Shown here: piece by piece, positions 46,269 to 55,085 of the stretch
Numbering within the stretch: position 1 is the first letter of the stretch
How the letters are laid out: each line of letters opens with the position of its first letter
NCBI GenBank assembly: GCA_036003765.1
Contig: DASYSC010000057.1
Span: 1-60,921, forward strand
Origin: Candidatus Limnocylindria bacterium
GTDB taxonomy: Bacteria; Chloroflexota; Limnocylindria; P2-11E
Length of the DNA stretch: 60,921 bases
Direction of reading: 5' to 3'
The notes under the pieces: generated by a model
What the model was told of the DNA's origin: nothing
Databases searched by the model: none
Seen by the model: the letters and a program-made list of their open reading frames with translations, nothing else
Translations under genes and position numbers: made by a program

Positions 46269-47006
46269 GTGCCGCCCTGCGAGTCCGCTGACCCGCCGTT
46301 CGCGGCGCTGGTTCGCGACGCCGAGCGCATCGGTGTCCGTCTGGATGCCAGAACGCTCGAGCTCTGCGCGCGGTTCGCGGAACTCCTCATCGCACGCAAT
46401 ACGACGGTGAACCTCACCGCGATCACAGCCCCCGCCGATATCGCGACGAAACATTTCCTCGATTCGTTCACCGCGATCGCGGTTCGCACATGGACCGGCC
46501 GCGAGCGCATTGTCGACGTCGGCAGCGGCGCAGGGTTCCCGGGTATCGCCCTGCGCCTTGCACTTCCCGGAACGCGCGTGACGCTCGTCGAGTCGATGGG
46601 CAAGAAGGCGCGCTTCCTCGAGGAGGTCACGAACACCCTTGCCATCGACGGCGTCGAGGTCCGGAACGAGCGCGCCGAAGATCTCGCGCACGCGCGGCGC
46701 GAGCGTTACGAGGTCGGGACCGCGCGGGCCATCGGAACGCTCGGCGCGATCGTCGAGTACTTGCTGCCGTTTCTGCGCGTCGGCGGCGACGCGATCGCCT
46801 GGAAGGGCCGGCTCGACGCGGAGCTCCCCGGTGCGAAGAAAGCGTGCGCGGCCATCGGTGGCGAGATCGTCAAGATCACACCCACGTCCGAGCTCGGGCT
46901 GGGCTCGATCTTGCCGGGCAGATCGCTCGTCGTGATCCGAAAGCTTCGCGCGACGCCATCCCGTTATCCGCGTTCGGCCGCCGAAGCCAAGCGCCGCCCA
47001 TGGTGA
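46269..47006 (+). CDS. rsmG: 16S rRNA m7G527 methyltransferase
   Basis: TTVNLTAI, KHFLDS and VDVGSGAGFPGIAL. Confidence 0.88.
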   Translation: MPPCESADPPFAALVRDAERIGVRLDARTLELCARFAELLIARNTTVNLTAITAPADIATKHFLDSFTAIAVRTWTGRERIVDVGSGAGFPGIALRLALPGTRVTLVESMGKKARFLEEVTNTLAIDGVEVRNERAEDLAHARRERYEVGTARAIGTLGAIVEYLLPFLRVGGDAIAWKGRLDAELPGAKKACAAIGGEIVKITPTSELGLGSILPGRSLVVIRKLRATPSRYPRSAAEAKRRPW

Positions 47007-47704
47007 TCGTGCCGTCGATCGACGTTCGCGGCGGACGGCTGGCTGACGGTTCGGAGGAGCCCGTTCTCGAACGGACGCGCGATCTCGTTGCCGAGGGCGC
47101 GGAGGTGCTTCACCTCGTCGATCTTGACGGGGCCGAGACCGGCGCGTTCCGCAACCTCGAGCTGCTCGCGGAGATCGCGGGGAGCGCGGGGGTTCCGTGC
47201 CGCCTGGCCGGCGGCGTCTCGCGTGTCGACGATGCGCGCCGGGCGATCGATCGTGGGTTCGTGGGTGTGCTGTTCTCGAGCGCGGTGTTCGGCGACGACG
47301 ACCTGCTGCGCGATATCGCATCGCTCGGCGACTCTGCCATCGTCGAGATCGAGGCGCGATCGGGGTTCCTCGCGCCGCGCGGCGGCGATCCCGACCTCGT
47401 CGCGGTCGCGACCGGCCGCGGCGCGCTTGCCGCGGCGCGCGCCGCGCTGATCGCCGGCGTTCGTGCGCTGTACCTCATCGACCTCACCGCGGAGCGTCGG
47501 CTCGCGGGCCCGCCCCTCGCGCTCGTCGACGCGGTGCGGGAAGTCGTCGGTCATCGTCTCGCGCTGCACGCCGGCGGCGGCGTCCGCGATCTCGACGACG
47601 TTCGCGCGCTCGCCGCTCGCGGCGTCGCCTCGGTGGTGATCGGCCGAGCGCTCGCGGAGAGGCGCATCACGATCCTCGCCGCGCAGCAGGCGTCAATGAG
47701 GTGA
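47000..47704 (+). CDS. HisA/HisF-family (beta/alpha)8 barrel protein outside a his operon
   Basis: IVPSIDVRGGRL and HAGGGVRDLDDV. ATGGTGA overlap with rsmG. Confidence 0.68.
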   Translation: MVIVPSIDVRGGRLADGSEEPVLERTRDLVAEGAEVLHLVDLDGAETGAFRNLELLAEIAGSAGVPCRLAGGVSRVDDARRAIDRGFVGVLFSSAVFGDDDLLRDIASLGDSAIVEIEARSGFLAPRGGDPDLVAVATGRGALAAARAALIAGVRALYLIDLTAERRLAGPPLALVDAVREVVGHRLALHAGGGVRDLDDVRALAARGVASVVIGRALAERRITILAAQQASMR

Positions 47705-48417
47705 AAGTCGGTGTCCTCAGCGACATCCACGCCAATCTCGTCGCGCTGGAGACCGTGCTCGCCGCGATGGGGGAAGTCGATGCGCTCTGGGTCTGCGGGG
47801 ACACTGTCGGGTACGGCCCTGACCCCTCCGACGTCCTCGCGCTGCTCGTCGAGCGCGAGGCCACGATCGTTGCGGGTAACCACGACCGAGCCGTCGCGAC
47901 CGGGGAGGACCTCGATTTGTTCAACGCGCCGGCAGCGGTCGCGGCAAAGACGCATCGAAGGTGGCTCTCCGCCGCGGAGCGCGACATGCTCGCGGCTCTG
48001 CCCCGGACGCTCGAGACGAGCGACGTCACGCTGTGCCACGGCAGCCTCCGCGATCCCTTATGGGAGTACGTGACCAACCCGAGGAGCGCCGCGGCGTCGC
48101 TTGCCCTGGCGAGGACGGCCCATTGCTGCGCGGGCCACACCCACGTGCCCTCGCTCTTTCGCGCCGGACCGGGCGGGGAGCCTGGCCGGGTGCGCTACGA
48201 GACGCCGTATCCACTTGCGCCGCGCGCGTTCCTGAACCCGGGCAGCGTCGGCCAGCCGCGCGACGGAGACCCCCGCGCGGCATACGCCGTCCTGGACCTT
48301 GCGGGAGATACCGTGACCTTCCATCGTTCGACCTATCGAGTCGAAGAGACGCAACGCCGGATCCGCGAGCGCGGGCTCCCGCCGATCTTCGCGGACCGCC
48401 TTCGGTTCGGCTTGTGA
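47701..48417 (+). CDS. metallophosphoesterase (YfcE/MJ0936-like)
   Basis: VGVLSDIHAN, CGDTVGYG, AGNHD and AGHTH motifs. GTGA overlap. Confidence 0.85.
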   Translation: MKVGVLSDIHANLVALETVLAAMGEVDALWVCGDTVGYGPDPSDVLALLVEREATIVAGNHDRAVATGEDLDLFNAPAAVAAKTHRRWLSAAERDMLAALPRTLETSDVTLCHGSLRDPLWEYVTNPRSAAASLALARTAHCCAGHTHVPSLFRAGPGGEPGRVRYETPYPLAPRAFLNPGSVGQPRDGDPRAAYAVLDLAGDTVTFHRSTYRVEETQRRIRERGLPPIFADRLRFGL

Positions 48418-48469
48418 GGCCATCATTCTGGCCGCGCTCGTCGCGGGGTGCGGTGGAGCGGGCGCAAGG

Positions 48470-48874
48470 GTGACCCCCGAGAACGTCCCGTTCACCGATC
48501 ACGGCTCGACCCAGCAGTCGGGATACGAGGGCGGCCCCCGTATCGCGGTCGCGGCCGATCCGGCGAGCGCCGGCCTCGGTCAGCTCGCGCGGAGAGAGGA
48601 CGGACGCGTCTACATCGCGGTCTTCGCCGGGTCGCAGCGCACCGGCGGATACGGCGTGCGCGTGGTCCGCGTGGACCGGGCCGGCGACACGCTCACGGTC
48701 CACGCGATGTTCTCCGCGCCATCGCCTGGTGCCGTGACGATCCAGGTCCTGACCTCTCCGGCGCATCTCGTCTCGATCGATCGCCAGTCGGCCGCGTCCG
48801 CGCGCGACGCCGTTCTGGTCGATCAATCAGGCGCGGAGCGGGCGCGCACCACCGTGCCACAATCGCAGCCCTGA
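48470..48874 (+). CDS. PrcB-C-domain-like lipoprotein (start region disrupted or non-canonical)
   Basis: YIAVFAGSQRTGGYGVRVVRV...LTSPAHLVSI resembles the PrcB C-terminal domain. An in-frame lipobox (IILAALVAGCGG) lies upstream of the first canonical start. Confidence 0.6.
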   Translation: MTPENVPFTDHGSTQQSGYEGGPRIAVAADPASAGLGQLARREDGRVYIAVFAGSQRTGGYGVRVVRVDRAGDTLTVHAMFSAPSPGAVTIQVLTSPAHLVSIDRQSAASARDAVLVDQSGAERARTTVPQSQP

Positions 48875-48875
48875 C

Positions 48876-50933
48876 GTGACGGACGACGAGGGACACGACA
48901 AGACTCCAGGGGCTCCTTCACTCGAAGAGCGAACCACCAGACCAGGGCGACTCCCCGGGAATCGGTACGTCAAGCTTCATCGGCCCGCGGGTTTCCGCCG
49001 GCGTGGCGATCGGTATATCGCCGAGGAGAGAGTCCTCGAGCCCGAAAGCGGCGCCGGCCGCGCATACGAGGCGATCCGCCGCGTTCTCCTCGGCCCGCGG
49101 CTCAGCATGGAGGCCGAGGAATCGGAGCGGCTATCGGTCTTCACGGGACTTGCGATCCTCGGTTCGGACAATATCTCGTCTTCGGCGTACGCCACCGAAG
49201 AGGCGATGCGAGTCCTCGCCCTCGCGGGCATCGGCGCCCTCGTGTTCACGACGCCGATCGCGATCGCGGTGGTTGGCGTCCTTGCGATCGTCGTCCTTTC
49301 GCAGTCGCAGGTCATCCAGGCCTATCCGAACGGCGGTGGAAGCTACGTGGTCACGAGCGACAACCTGGGTACGCTCCCGGGACTCGTTGCCGCGGCCGCC
49401 CTGCTCATCGACTACGTTCTGACCGTCTCCGTGTCGACGGCCGCGGGGGTCCAGGCCGTGACGAGCTTCAAGCCCGACTGGCACCCGTACGCCGTGCCCA
49501 TCGGTCTCGCGTTCATCGGGATCTTGATGCTCGGGAACCTGCGCGGCGTGCGCGAGGCAGGCGCCATGTTCGCGGGCCCGACATACGTGTACCTCGCCGC
49601 ACTCGTCGCGCTCCTCCTCTACGGGATCTTCCGCGTCGCCACCGGTGACATCCCGCCGGCGGCGGTACCGCCCGACCCCTTTCCGGGTGAGGGGACCGTC
49701 CAGCTCGCCGGTCTCACGGGACTTCTCCTCGTCCTCCGCGGGTTCGCATCGGGCTCGGTCGGCCTCACCGGAAGCGAAGCCATCGCCAACGGCGTGCCGA
49801 GCATGGCCGTCCCAGAAAAGCGGAACGCCACCATCACGCTCGTGCTGATGGGAGTCTCGTTCAGCACGATCTTTCTCGGGCTGACCTTCCTCGCGCAAAC
49901 GATCGGCACCGTCCCGGATGAGTCAGAGACCGAGACCCTCAACAGCCTCATCACGAGATCGCTGGTTGGCCTGTCGCCCATGTACTACCTGGTCCAGGGG
50001 TCCACGGCGCTGCTCCTCGCGCTCGCCGCGAACACCGGCTTCACCGGGTTCCCGCGTCTTGCGTCCGTGCTGGCCAACGACCGGTTCATGCCCCGTCAGT
50101 TCGCCTATCGCGGCGAGCGTCTCGCGTTCTCGACCGGGATCGTGGCCCTGGCGATCGTGTCCGCGGCCGTCCTCGTGTGGCGCGAAGGGAGTGTCACCGA
50201 GCTCATCCCCTTCTACACGATCGGCGTCTTTCTCGCCTTCACGTTGTCCCAGACCGGCCTCGTACGCAGGTGGCGCCGGCTGCGCTCGCCGGGCTGGCAG
50301 TGGCGTGCCGCGCTCAATGTGCTCGGCGCGGCGGTCACCGGGCTTGTCCTGGTCATCGTGCTCGTCGCCAAGGCCGGTGAAGGTTCGTGGCTGGTCGTCG
50401 TGGTCATCCCCTTGATCGTGCTCCTGCTCCTCGCGATCCACCGCCACTACACGACCACCCAAGACGCGCTCGTGATCGACCGCCTCGACGAGGAAGTACC
50501 GGCCATGGCGCCGCCCGTCGTCGTCGTCCCGGTCGGGCGCCTGGATCGTGCGACCGCCCGCTCCATCGCATTCGCTCGCTCGATCTCTCCAGCGGTGAAG
50601 GCGGTTCACGTCACGACCAGCGAAGAAAGCGGCCGCGATTTTCGCAGGCGCTGGGAAGCGTGGGCGGGCAAGGTTCCCCTGGACGTGATCGAGTCACCGT
50701 ACCGTTCGCTCGTACCGCCTCTGCTCAAGTACATCGACGTGCTCCAAAAGCAGGCGCCGGATCGTCCGATCACCGTGGTGCTCGCCTCATTCGTGCCGCA
50801 CAGCTGGTGGGAATGGCTCCTGCACAGCCAGACAGCTCTCCGCCTGAAAGCGAGCCTGCTCTTTCGGCCGGACACGATCGTGATCGACGTGCCGTATCAC
50901 TTCGACGACGGCCGCCAGGGGCACAAGCATTGA
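48876..50933 (+). CDS. kimA: KimA-type K+ transporter (APC superfamily), copy 1
   Basis: Colinear with my recollection of B. subtilis KimA: RRVLLGPRL, LGSDNISSSAYATEE, AYPNGGGSYVV, IDYVLTVSVS, NLRGVREAG, ANTGFTGFPRL. The C-domain shows VVVPV...AVHV...RRRWE...SPYRSL...LHSQTA...DVPYHF. Confidence 0.82.
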   Translation: MTDDEGHDKTPGAPSLEERTTRPGRLPGNRYVKLHRPAGFRRRGDRYIAEERVLEPESGAGRAYEAIRRVLLGPRLSMEAEESERLSVFTGLAILGSDNISSSAYATEEAMRVLALAGIGALVFTTPIAIAVVGVLAIVVLSQSQVIQAYPNGGGSYVVTSDNLGTLPGLVAAAALLIDYVLTVSVSTAAGVQAVTSFKPDWHPYAVPIGLAFIGILMLGNLRGVREAGAMFAGPTYVYLAALVALLLYGIFRVATGDIPPAAVPPDPFPGEGTVQLAGLTGLLLVLRGFASGSVGLTGSEAIANGVPSMAVPEKRNATITLVLMGVSFSTIFLGLTFLAQTIGTVPDESETETLNSLITRSLVGLSPMYYLVQGSTALLLALAANTGFTGFPRLASVLANDRFMPRQFAYRGERLAFSTGIVALAIVSAAVLVWREGSVTELIPFYTIGVFLAFTLSQTGLVRRWRRLRSPGWQWRAALNVLGAAVTGLVLVIVLVAKAGEGSWLVVVVIPLIVLLLLAIHRHYTTTQDALVIDRLDEEVPAMAPPVVVVPVGRLDRATARSIAFARSISPAVKAVHVTTSEESGRDFRRRWEAWAGKVPLDVIESPYRSLVPPLLKYIDVLQKQAPDRPITVVLASFVPHSWWEWLLHSQTALRLKASLLFRPDTIVIDVPYHFDDGRQGHKH

Positions 50934-52975
50934 GCGGCGACGAGCAAGAGCGACCCGAGACGCCGTCACTCGAGCGGCGTGTCACCCAGGCGGGACGCCA
51001 TGTCGGCGATCGCTACGTCCGGATCGTGCGCCCGATCGGCAGCGGCCTGCGCGGACATGGCGGCCGCTATGTGGCCACCGAACAGACGATGGAGCGGACT
51101 GGCCGCGTCGGCCGCGGCTGGGACGCAGCACTCCGCTTCCTCATCGGCAAGCGCCTACACGGCGACGCCGAGGCCGAGGAGCGCGTGGGCGTGGCCACAG
51201 GCCTTCCGATACTGGCGTCGGACAACGTCTCGTCATCCGCATACGCCACAGAAGAGGCGATGCGGATCCTGGCTTTCGCCGGCACCACGGCACTCGTATA
51301 CACGATGCCGATCGCGCTCGCGGTGGTGTTCGTCCTCGCGATCGTCGTTCTTTCAGAATCGCGAGTGATCAGGGCCTACCCCAATGGCGGTGGAAGCTAC
51401 CTCGTCGCGCGTGAGAATCATGGGGTCATCGCCGGGCTGGTGGCCGCCGCCGCCCTTCTCATCGACTACGTGCTGACCGTAGCGGTGTCCACCGCGGCCG
51501 GCGTCGCCGCGATCTCGAGCTTCGCTCCCGAGCTCCATGAGTACCGCGTGATCGTCGGGCTCGTCCTCATCGCGGCCCTCGCGGTCGGCAACCTTCGGGG
51601 CGTTCGCGAAGCCGGGCTGCTGTTCGCTGCCCCGACCTATGCGTACATGCTCGCGATGTACGGGCTCCTCGCATTTGGCCTGTTCCGCGTCTTCAGCGGC
51701 GACGTACCCGCGCCGGTTACGCCACCCGATCCGTTTCTCGCCGAAGGGACCGTGACGGTCTCGATCCTTCTGGTCCTGCGCGCCTTCGCCTCTGGCTCGG
51801 TCGGCCTCACCGGGAGCGAGGCTGTGGCGAACGGGGTGCCCAGCTTTCGACGTCCGGAGACGCGGAATGCGGTCATCACGCTCGTGCTCATGGGGACGAT
51901 CTTCGCCACGATCTTTCTCGGGATCACCTATCTCGCCAGCCGGATCGGCATCCAGCCGGACCAGAGCGAGATCGAGACCGTGAACAGCATGATCACCCGT
52001 GCCGTCGTCGGTGCGAGCAGCCCCTTCTACTACTTCGTGCAGATCACGACGGCCGTCATCCTCTTGCTCGCAGCCAACACCGGATTTACGGGATTCCCGC
52101 GGCTCGCGTCGGTGCTCGCGAATGATCGCTTCATGCCTCGGCATTTCGCGGATGTCGGTTCGCGTCTTGCGTTCAACACCGGGATCCTCGTTCTGTCAGT
52201 CCTCGCGGCGGTCATCCTGGCCGCGTTCGGTGGAAGTGTGAACGCGCTCGTCCCGCTCTACACGATCGGCGTGTTTCTCGCGTTCACCCTTTCGCAGTCC
52301 GGCCTCGTCAGGCGGTGGCGACGGTTGCGCAATCCCGGATGGCGAGTTTCGATCGCGATCAATAGCTTTGGGGCGCTCGTGACGGGAACGGTGCTCGTCG
52401 TGGTCGCGGTCACAAAGTTCGCGCTCGGCGCGTGGATGGTCCTGATCCTGATTCCGGTCATCGTCGCGCTCCTCTACGCCATCAACCGGCACTACCAGAC
52501 GACCCAGGACGCTCTGGTGATCTCCGGCCCGGAGCAGCGCGTCCCGGTCTACGCGGCGCCGGTGGTGATCGTGCCCATCGCGCGGCTCGACCGCGCCGCG
52601 CTCCAGGCGCTCGCGTTCGCACGGTCGGTGTCCCCGATGGTGAAGGCGGTGCACGTGTCGACGTCGCACGCGAGCGCAGACGAGTTCCGGAAGAGATGGG
52701 ACCGCCTCGACACAGACGTGGATCTCGACGTCGTCGAATCGCCCTACCGTTCGCTCTTGCCACCGCTCCTCAAATACATCGACGCCATCGACCGGTCGGA
52801 CAACCGGCCCATCACCGTCGTGGTGAGCGAGTTCGTGCCGCGCCACTGGTGGGAGTGGCTGCTGCACAGTCAGACGGCGTTCCGGCTGAAGGCTGCGCTC
52901 CTCTTCCGCCCGAACACGATCGTCATCGACGTCCCGTACCACCATGGCGATACCGCCGACCTGACGCGCACTTAG
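50930..52975 (+). CDS. kimA: KimA-type K+ transporter, copy 2
   Basis: Same motif series as copy 1 (LASDNVSSSAYATEE, AYPNGGGSYLV, ... DVPYHH). TTG start in a TTGA overlap. The track ORF start at 50387 is read-through over copy 1. Confidence 0.82.
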   Translation: MSGDEQERPETPSLERRVTQAGRHVGDRYVRIVRPIGSGLRGHGGRYVATEQTMERTGRVGRGWDAALRFLIGKRLHGDAEAEERVGVATGLPILASDNVSSSAYATEEAMRILAFAGTTALVYTMPIALAVVFVLAIVVLSESRVIRAYPNGGGSYLVARENHGVIAGLVAAAALLIDYVLTVAVSTAAGVAAISSFAPELHEYRVIVGLVLIAALAVGNLRGVREAGLLFAAPTYAYMLAMYGLLAFGLFRVFSGDVPAPVTPPDPFLAEGTVTVSILLVLRAFASGSVGLTGSEAVANGVPSFRRPETRNAVITLVLMGTIFATIFLGITYLASRIGIQPDQSEIETVNSMITRAVVGASSPFYYFVQITTAVILLLAANTGFTGFPRLASVLANDRFMPRHFADVGSRLAFNTGILVLSVLAAVILAAFGGSVNALVPLYTIGVFLAFTLSQSGLVRRWRRLRNPGWRVSIAINSFGALVTGTVLVVVAVTKFALGAWMVLILIPVIVALLYAINRHYQTTQDALVISGPEQRVPVYAAPVVIVPIARLDRAALQALAFARSVSPMVKAVHVSTSHASADEFRKRWDRLDTDVDLDVVESPYRSLLPPLLKYIDAIDRSDNRPITVVVSEFVPRHWWEWLLHSQTAFRLKAALLFRPNTIVIDVPYHHGDTADLTRT

Positions 52976-52991
52976 CTAGACTCGCGCACTC

Positions 52992-53420
52992 ATGCACCCC
53001 AAGCGCATCCTCGTGGCGCTCGCGGGGACCAGCGCGGATCCGGACGTCATCCGTCTGGTGGCGTGGATCGCGAAGCCCGCGAAGGCCGAGGTCGTCGGCA
53101 TTCATGTCATCGAGGTGCGCTGGAACCTGCCGCTCGACGCGGTGATGGAGCCGGAGCTCGACCGCGGCGAAGAGCTGCTCGAAAGTGCGAAGAAAGTGGC
53201 CGACCAAGCTGGCATGGATCTTGAGACCGAGCTGTTGCAGGCGCGCGACGCGGCCGCGGCCATCGTCGACACCGCCGTGGAGCGCAAGTGCGACCTAATC
53301 GTCGTCGCGATGCCGTACCGCAGGCGACTAGGCAAGGTCTACATCGGAAGAACGGTGCAAAACGTGTATGTCAACGCGCCGTGCGCGGTGCTCGCGTATC
53401 GTCAGGAAGAGAGCAAATGA
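52992..53420 (+). CDS. universal stress protein
   Basis: 142 aa. ILVALAGTSADPDVIRL ... CDLIVVAMPYRRRLGKVYIGRTVQNVYVNAPCAVL is a UspA fold pattern. Confidence 0.85.
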   Translation: MHPKRILVALAGTSADPDVIRLVAWIAKPAKAEVVGIHVIEVRWNLPLDAVMEPELDRGEELLESAKKVADQAGMDLETELLQARDAAAAIVDTAVERKCDLIVVAMPYRRRLGKVYIGRTVQNVYVNAPCAVLAYRQEESK

Positions 53421-53920
53421 ACGTCGTCATCGTCGGCTGTGGCCGGGTGGGTGGTTTTCTCGCGGGTCTTCTAGACGCCGAGGGGCACCGCGTGAGCGTG
53501 GTCGATATCGCGTCGACCAGCCCCGCGCGCGCTGAACGGGCCTGGTTCCAACACCTTCCGGCCTCGTTCAAGGGAGAGACCATCCTCGGGGACGGCACGG
53601 ATCTCGAGGTCCTGCGCCAGGCGGGCATCGAGCGCGCCGACGCGCTTCTTTCGCTCACCGAGGGCGACAACCGCAATCTGATGGCGGCACAGATCGCCCA
53701 CAAGATCTTTGGCGTGAAGCAGGTGATCGCGAAGGTGAACGATCCGGTGCGCGCGCAGACCTACCGCGAGATGGGGATCACCACGTTCTCCCGCACGACC
53801 ATCCTCGGGACGCTCTTGCATGCGATGCTGCAGGAGGACCGCGAGGTCGGCGAGGTGCTCATGCGAAAGGCTCTCGCGCACGAGGCCGACCTGATCCACG
53901 AGCCAGCGAAGGCGCGGTAG
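53417..53920 (+). CDS. RCK/TrkA-N domain protein (no TrkA-C)
   Basis: Rossmann motif VVIVGCGRVGGFLA. ATGA overlap with usp. Confidence 0.8.
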   Translation: MNVVIVGCGRVGGFLAGLLDAEGHRVSVVDIASTSPARAERAWFQHLPASFKGETILGDGTDLEVLRQAGIERADALLSLTEGDNRNLMAAQIAHKIFGVKQVIAKVNDPVRAQTYREMGITTFSRTTILGTLLHAMLQEDREVGEVLMRKALAHEADLIHEPAKAR

Positions 53921-54577
53921 ATGTACTTCGTTGTTGCCGGTGCGGGCGAGGTCGGATTCCATCTCTCGCAGGCGCTCCTCGAGGCGGGCCATGAGGTCAC
54001 CGTCATCGAAGCCGACCGGCGCCGCGCGAACTTCGTTCAAGAAAAGCTTGGCTCGATCGTCATGAACGCGCCGGCGGATGAGGGGCGCGCGCAGATGGAA
54101 GCCGGCTGCAGCCGGGCCGACGCGCTCATCGCCGTCACCGGGGACGACGCGAAGAACCTCGTGATCTGCCAGCTCGCTAAGTTTCGCTGCCATACGCCGC
54201 GTGTGATCGCGCGCGTCAACAACCCGAAGAACGAGATCGTCTTCAAGACGCTCGGGATCGACGAGACGATCTCCTCGACCCGGGTCCTGATGAACGTGAT
54301 CGAGCAGGAGCTTCCGGCCGGCGGCTTCATGCCGCTCATGTCGCTCGCCGGTTCGGCCAACGAGCTCATCGAGGCCGAGATCGCGATCGGGACTCCGCCT
54401 GCCGGCAAGACCGTCGGATCCTTGCGACTGCCGAGCGGGGCGCTCGTCGGCGGGATCATCCGTCGCGGCAAGCTCATGCACGCCGACGAGGAGACGAAGC
54501 TCGAAGTGGGCGACCGCGTCATGGTCTTTTCGCCGACCGCATCCGAAAGCGAGGTCCGGAAGGCCCTCTTCGGCTAG
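53921..54577 (+). CDS. RCK protein TrkA-N plus TrkA-C
   Basis: FVVAGAGEVGFHLS, then C-domain LIEAEIAIGTPPAGKTVGSLRLP...VGDRVMVF. Confidence 0.85.
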   Translation: MYFVVAGAGEVGFHLSQALLEAGHEVTVIEADRRRANFVQEKLGSIVMNAPADEGRAQMEAGCSRADALIAVTGDDAKNLVICQLAKFRCHTPRVIARVNNPKNEIVFKTLGIDETISSTRVLMNVIEQELPAGGFMPLMSLAGSANELIEAEIAIGTPPAGKTVGSLRLPSGALVGGIIRRGKLMHADEETKLEVGDRVMVFSPTASESEVRKALFG

Positions 54578-54620
54578 GCCCGAGAGGCCGCGTACAGGGT
54601 CATTACAAACTGGACGGTTT

Positions 54621-55064
54621 TTAGCTGTCGAGCCGGTATGGAACCTCGATCACGACGGTGCCGGGCCGGCGCAACAGGCGCGACTTGAGACGTCGCGGCA
54701 GGGGATCGTGCAGGAGACCCAACCACGGCCACCGTGGCACGACCTCCCCAAGTACGACGGCGACCGTCCGTCGGGGATCGTCCCGCCGAATGTCGTCTAA
54801 CGCCTCGATGACCTGGTCGACCGGATCGACGTGCTCGTTTAGCTGGATGAAATCCGCGTGCCTGGCCAGCCCCAGCCGCCGGAGTAGCCGTCGGGCACCA
54901 CCGGCGTCGCGGCCGAGCTGGAGGACGGTGACGGCAGCCCCGATCGACTCAGCGAAGGCGAGGGCGCCCGCCGCGGCGCGGTCGAGTTCCCGGATCGGAA
55001 CGACGACATGTGGCGTCGTCGCGACGGGCATGACCGCATCATCAGCGAGAGCACGGGTCGCCAC
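54621..55064 (-). CDS. free-standing homologue of the KimA cytoplasmic C-terminal domain
   Basis: 147 aa. HVVVPIRELDRAAAGALAFAESIG...TVAVVLGEVVPRWPWLGLLHDPLPRRLKSRLLRRPGTVVIEVPYRL aligns motif for motif with the C-domains of both permeases. Confidence 0.65.
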   Translation of the reverse strand: MATRALADDAVMPVATTPHVVVPIRELDRAAAGALAFAESIGAAVTVLQLGRDAGGARRLLRRLGLARHADFIQLNEHVDPVDQVIEALDDIRRDDPRRTVAVVLGEVVPRWPWLGLLHDPLPRRLKSRLLRRPGTVVIEVPYRLDS

Positions 55065-55085
55065 CGACCCAAGGGTCGGGTGAAG

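Noticed and set aside
46257-47321. Upstream 355 codons of track ORF 45594..47321
   Set aside because: R/P-rich and antisense to rsmG and the hisA-like gene. The cupredoxin clearly begins with its signal peptide at ATG 46256.
48840-48880. Expected c-di-AMP (ydaO/kimA-type) riboswitch upstream of kimA
   Set aside because: There is a 1-nt gap between the prcB-like stop and the kimA start, so there is no room for a leader RNA.
50387-50929. N-terminal 181 codons of track ORF 50387..52975 (similar cases: 22866..23171, 31541..31765, 9430..9510, 53288..53416)
   Set aside because: These are out-of-frame read-through over the preceding gene. The true starts are given by paralogue or orthologue N-termini and by 4-nt overlap codons.
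54578-54620. Intrinsic terminator in the AT-richer convergent spacer (ACGGTTTTTAG)
   Set aside because: The T-run is present, but I could not draw a convincing GC stem immediately upstream on either strand.
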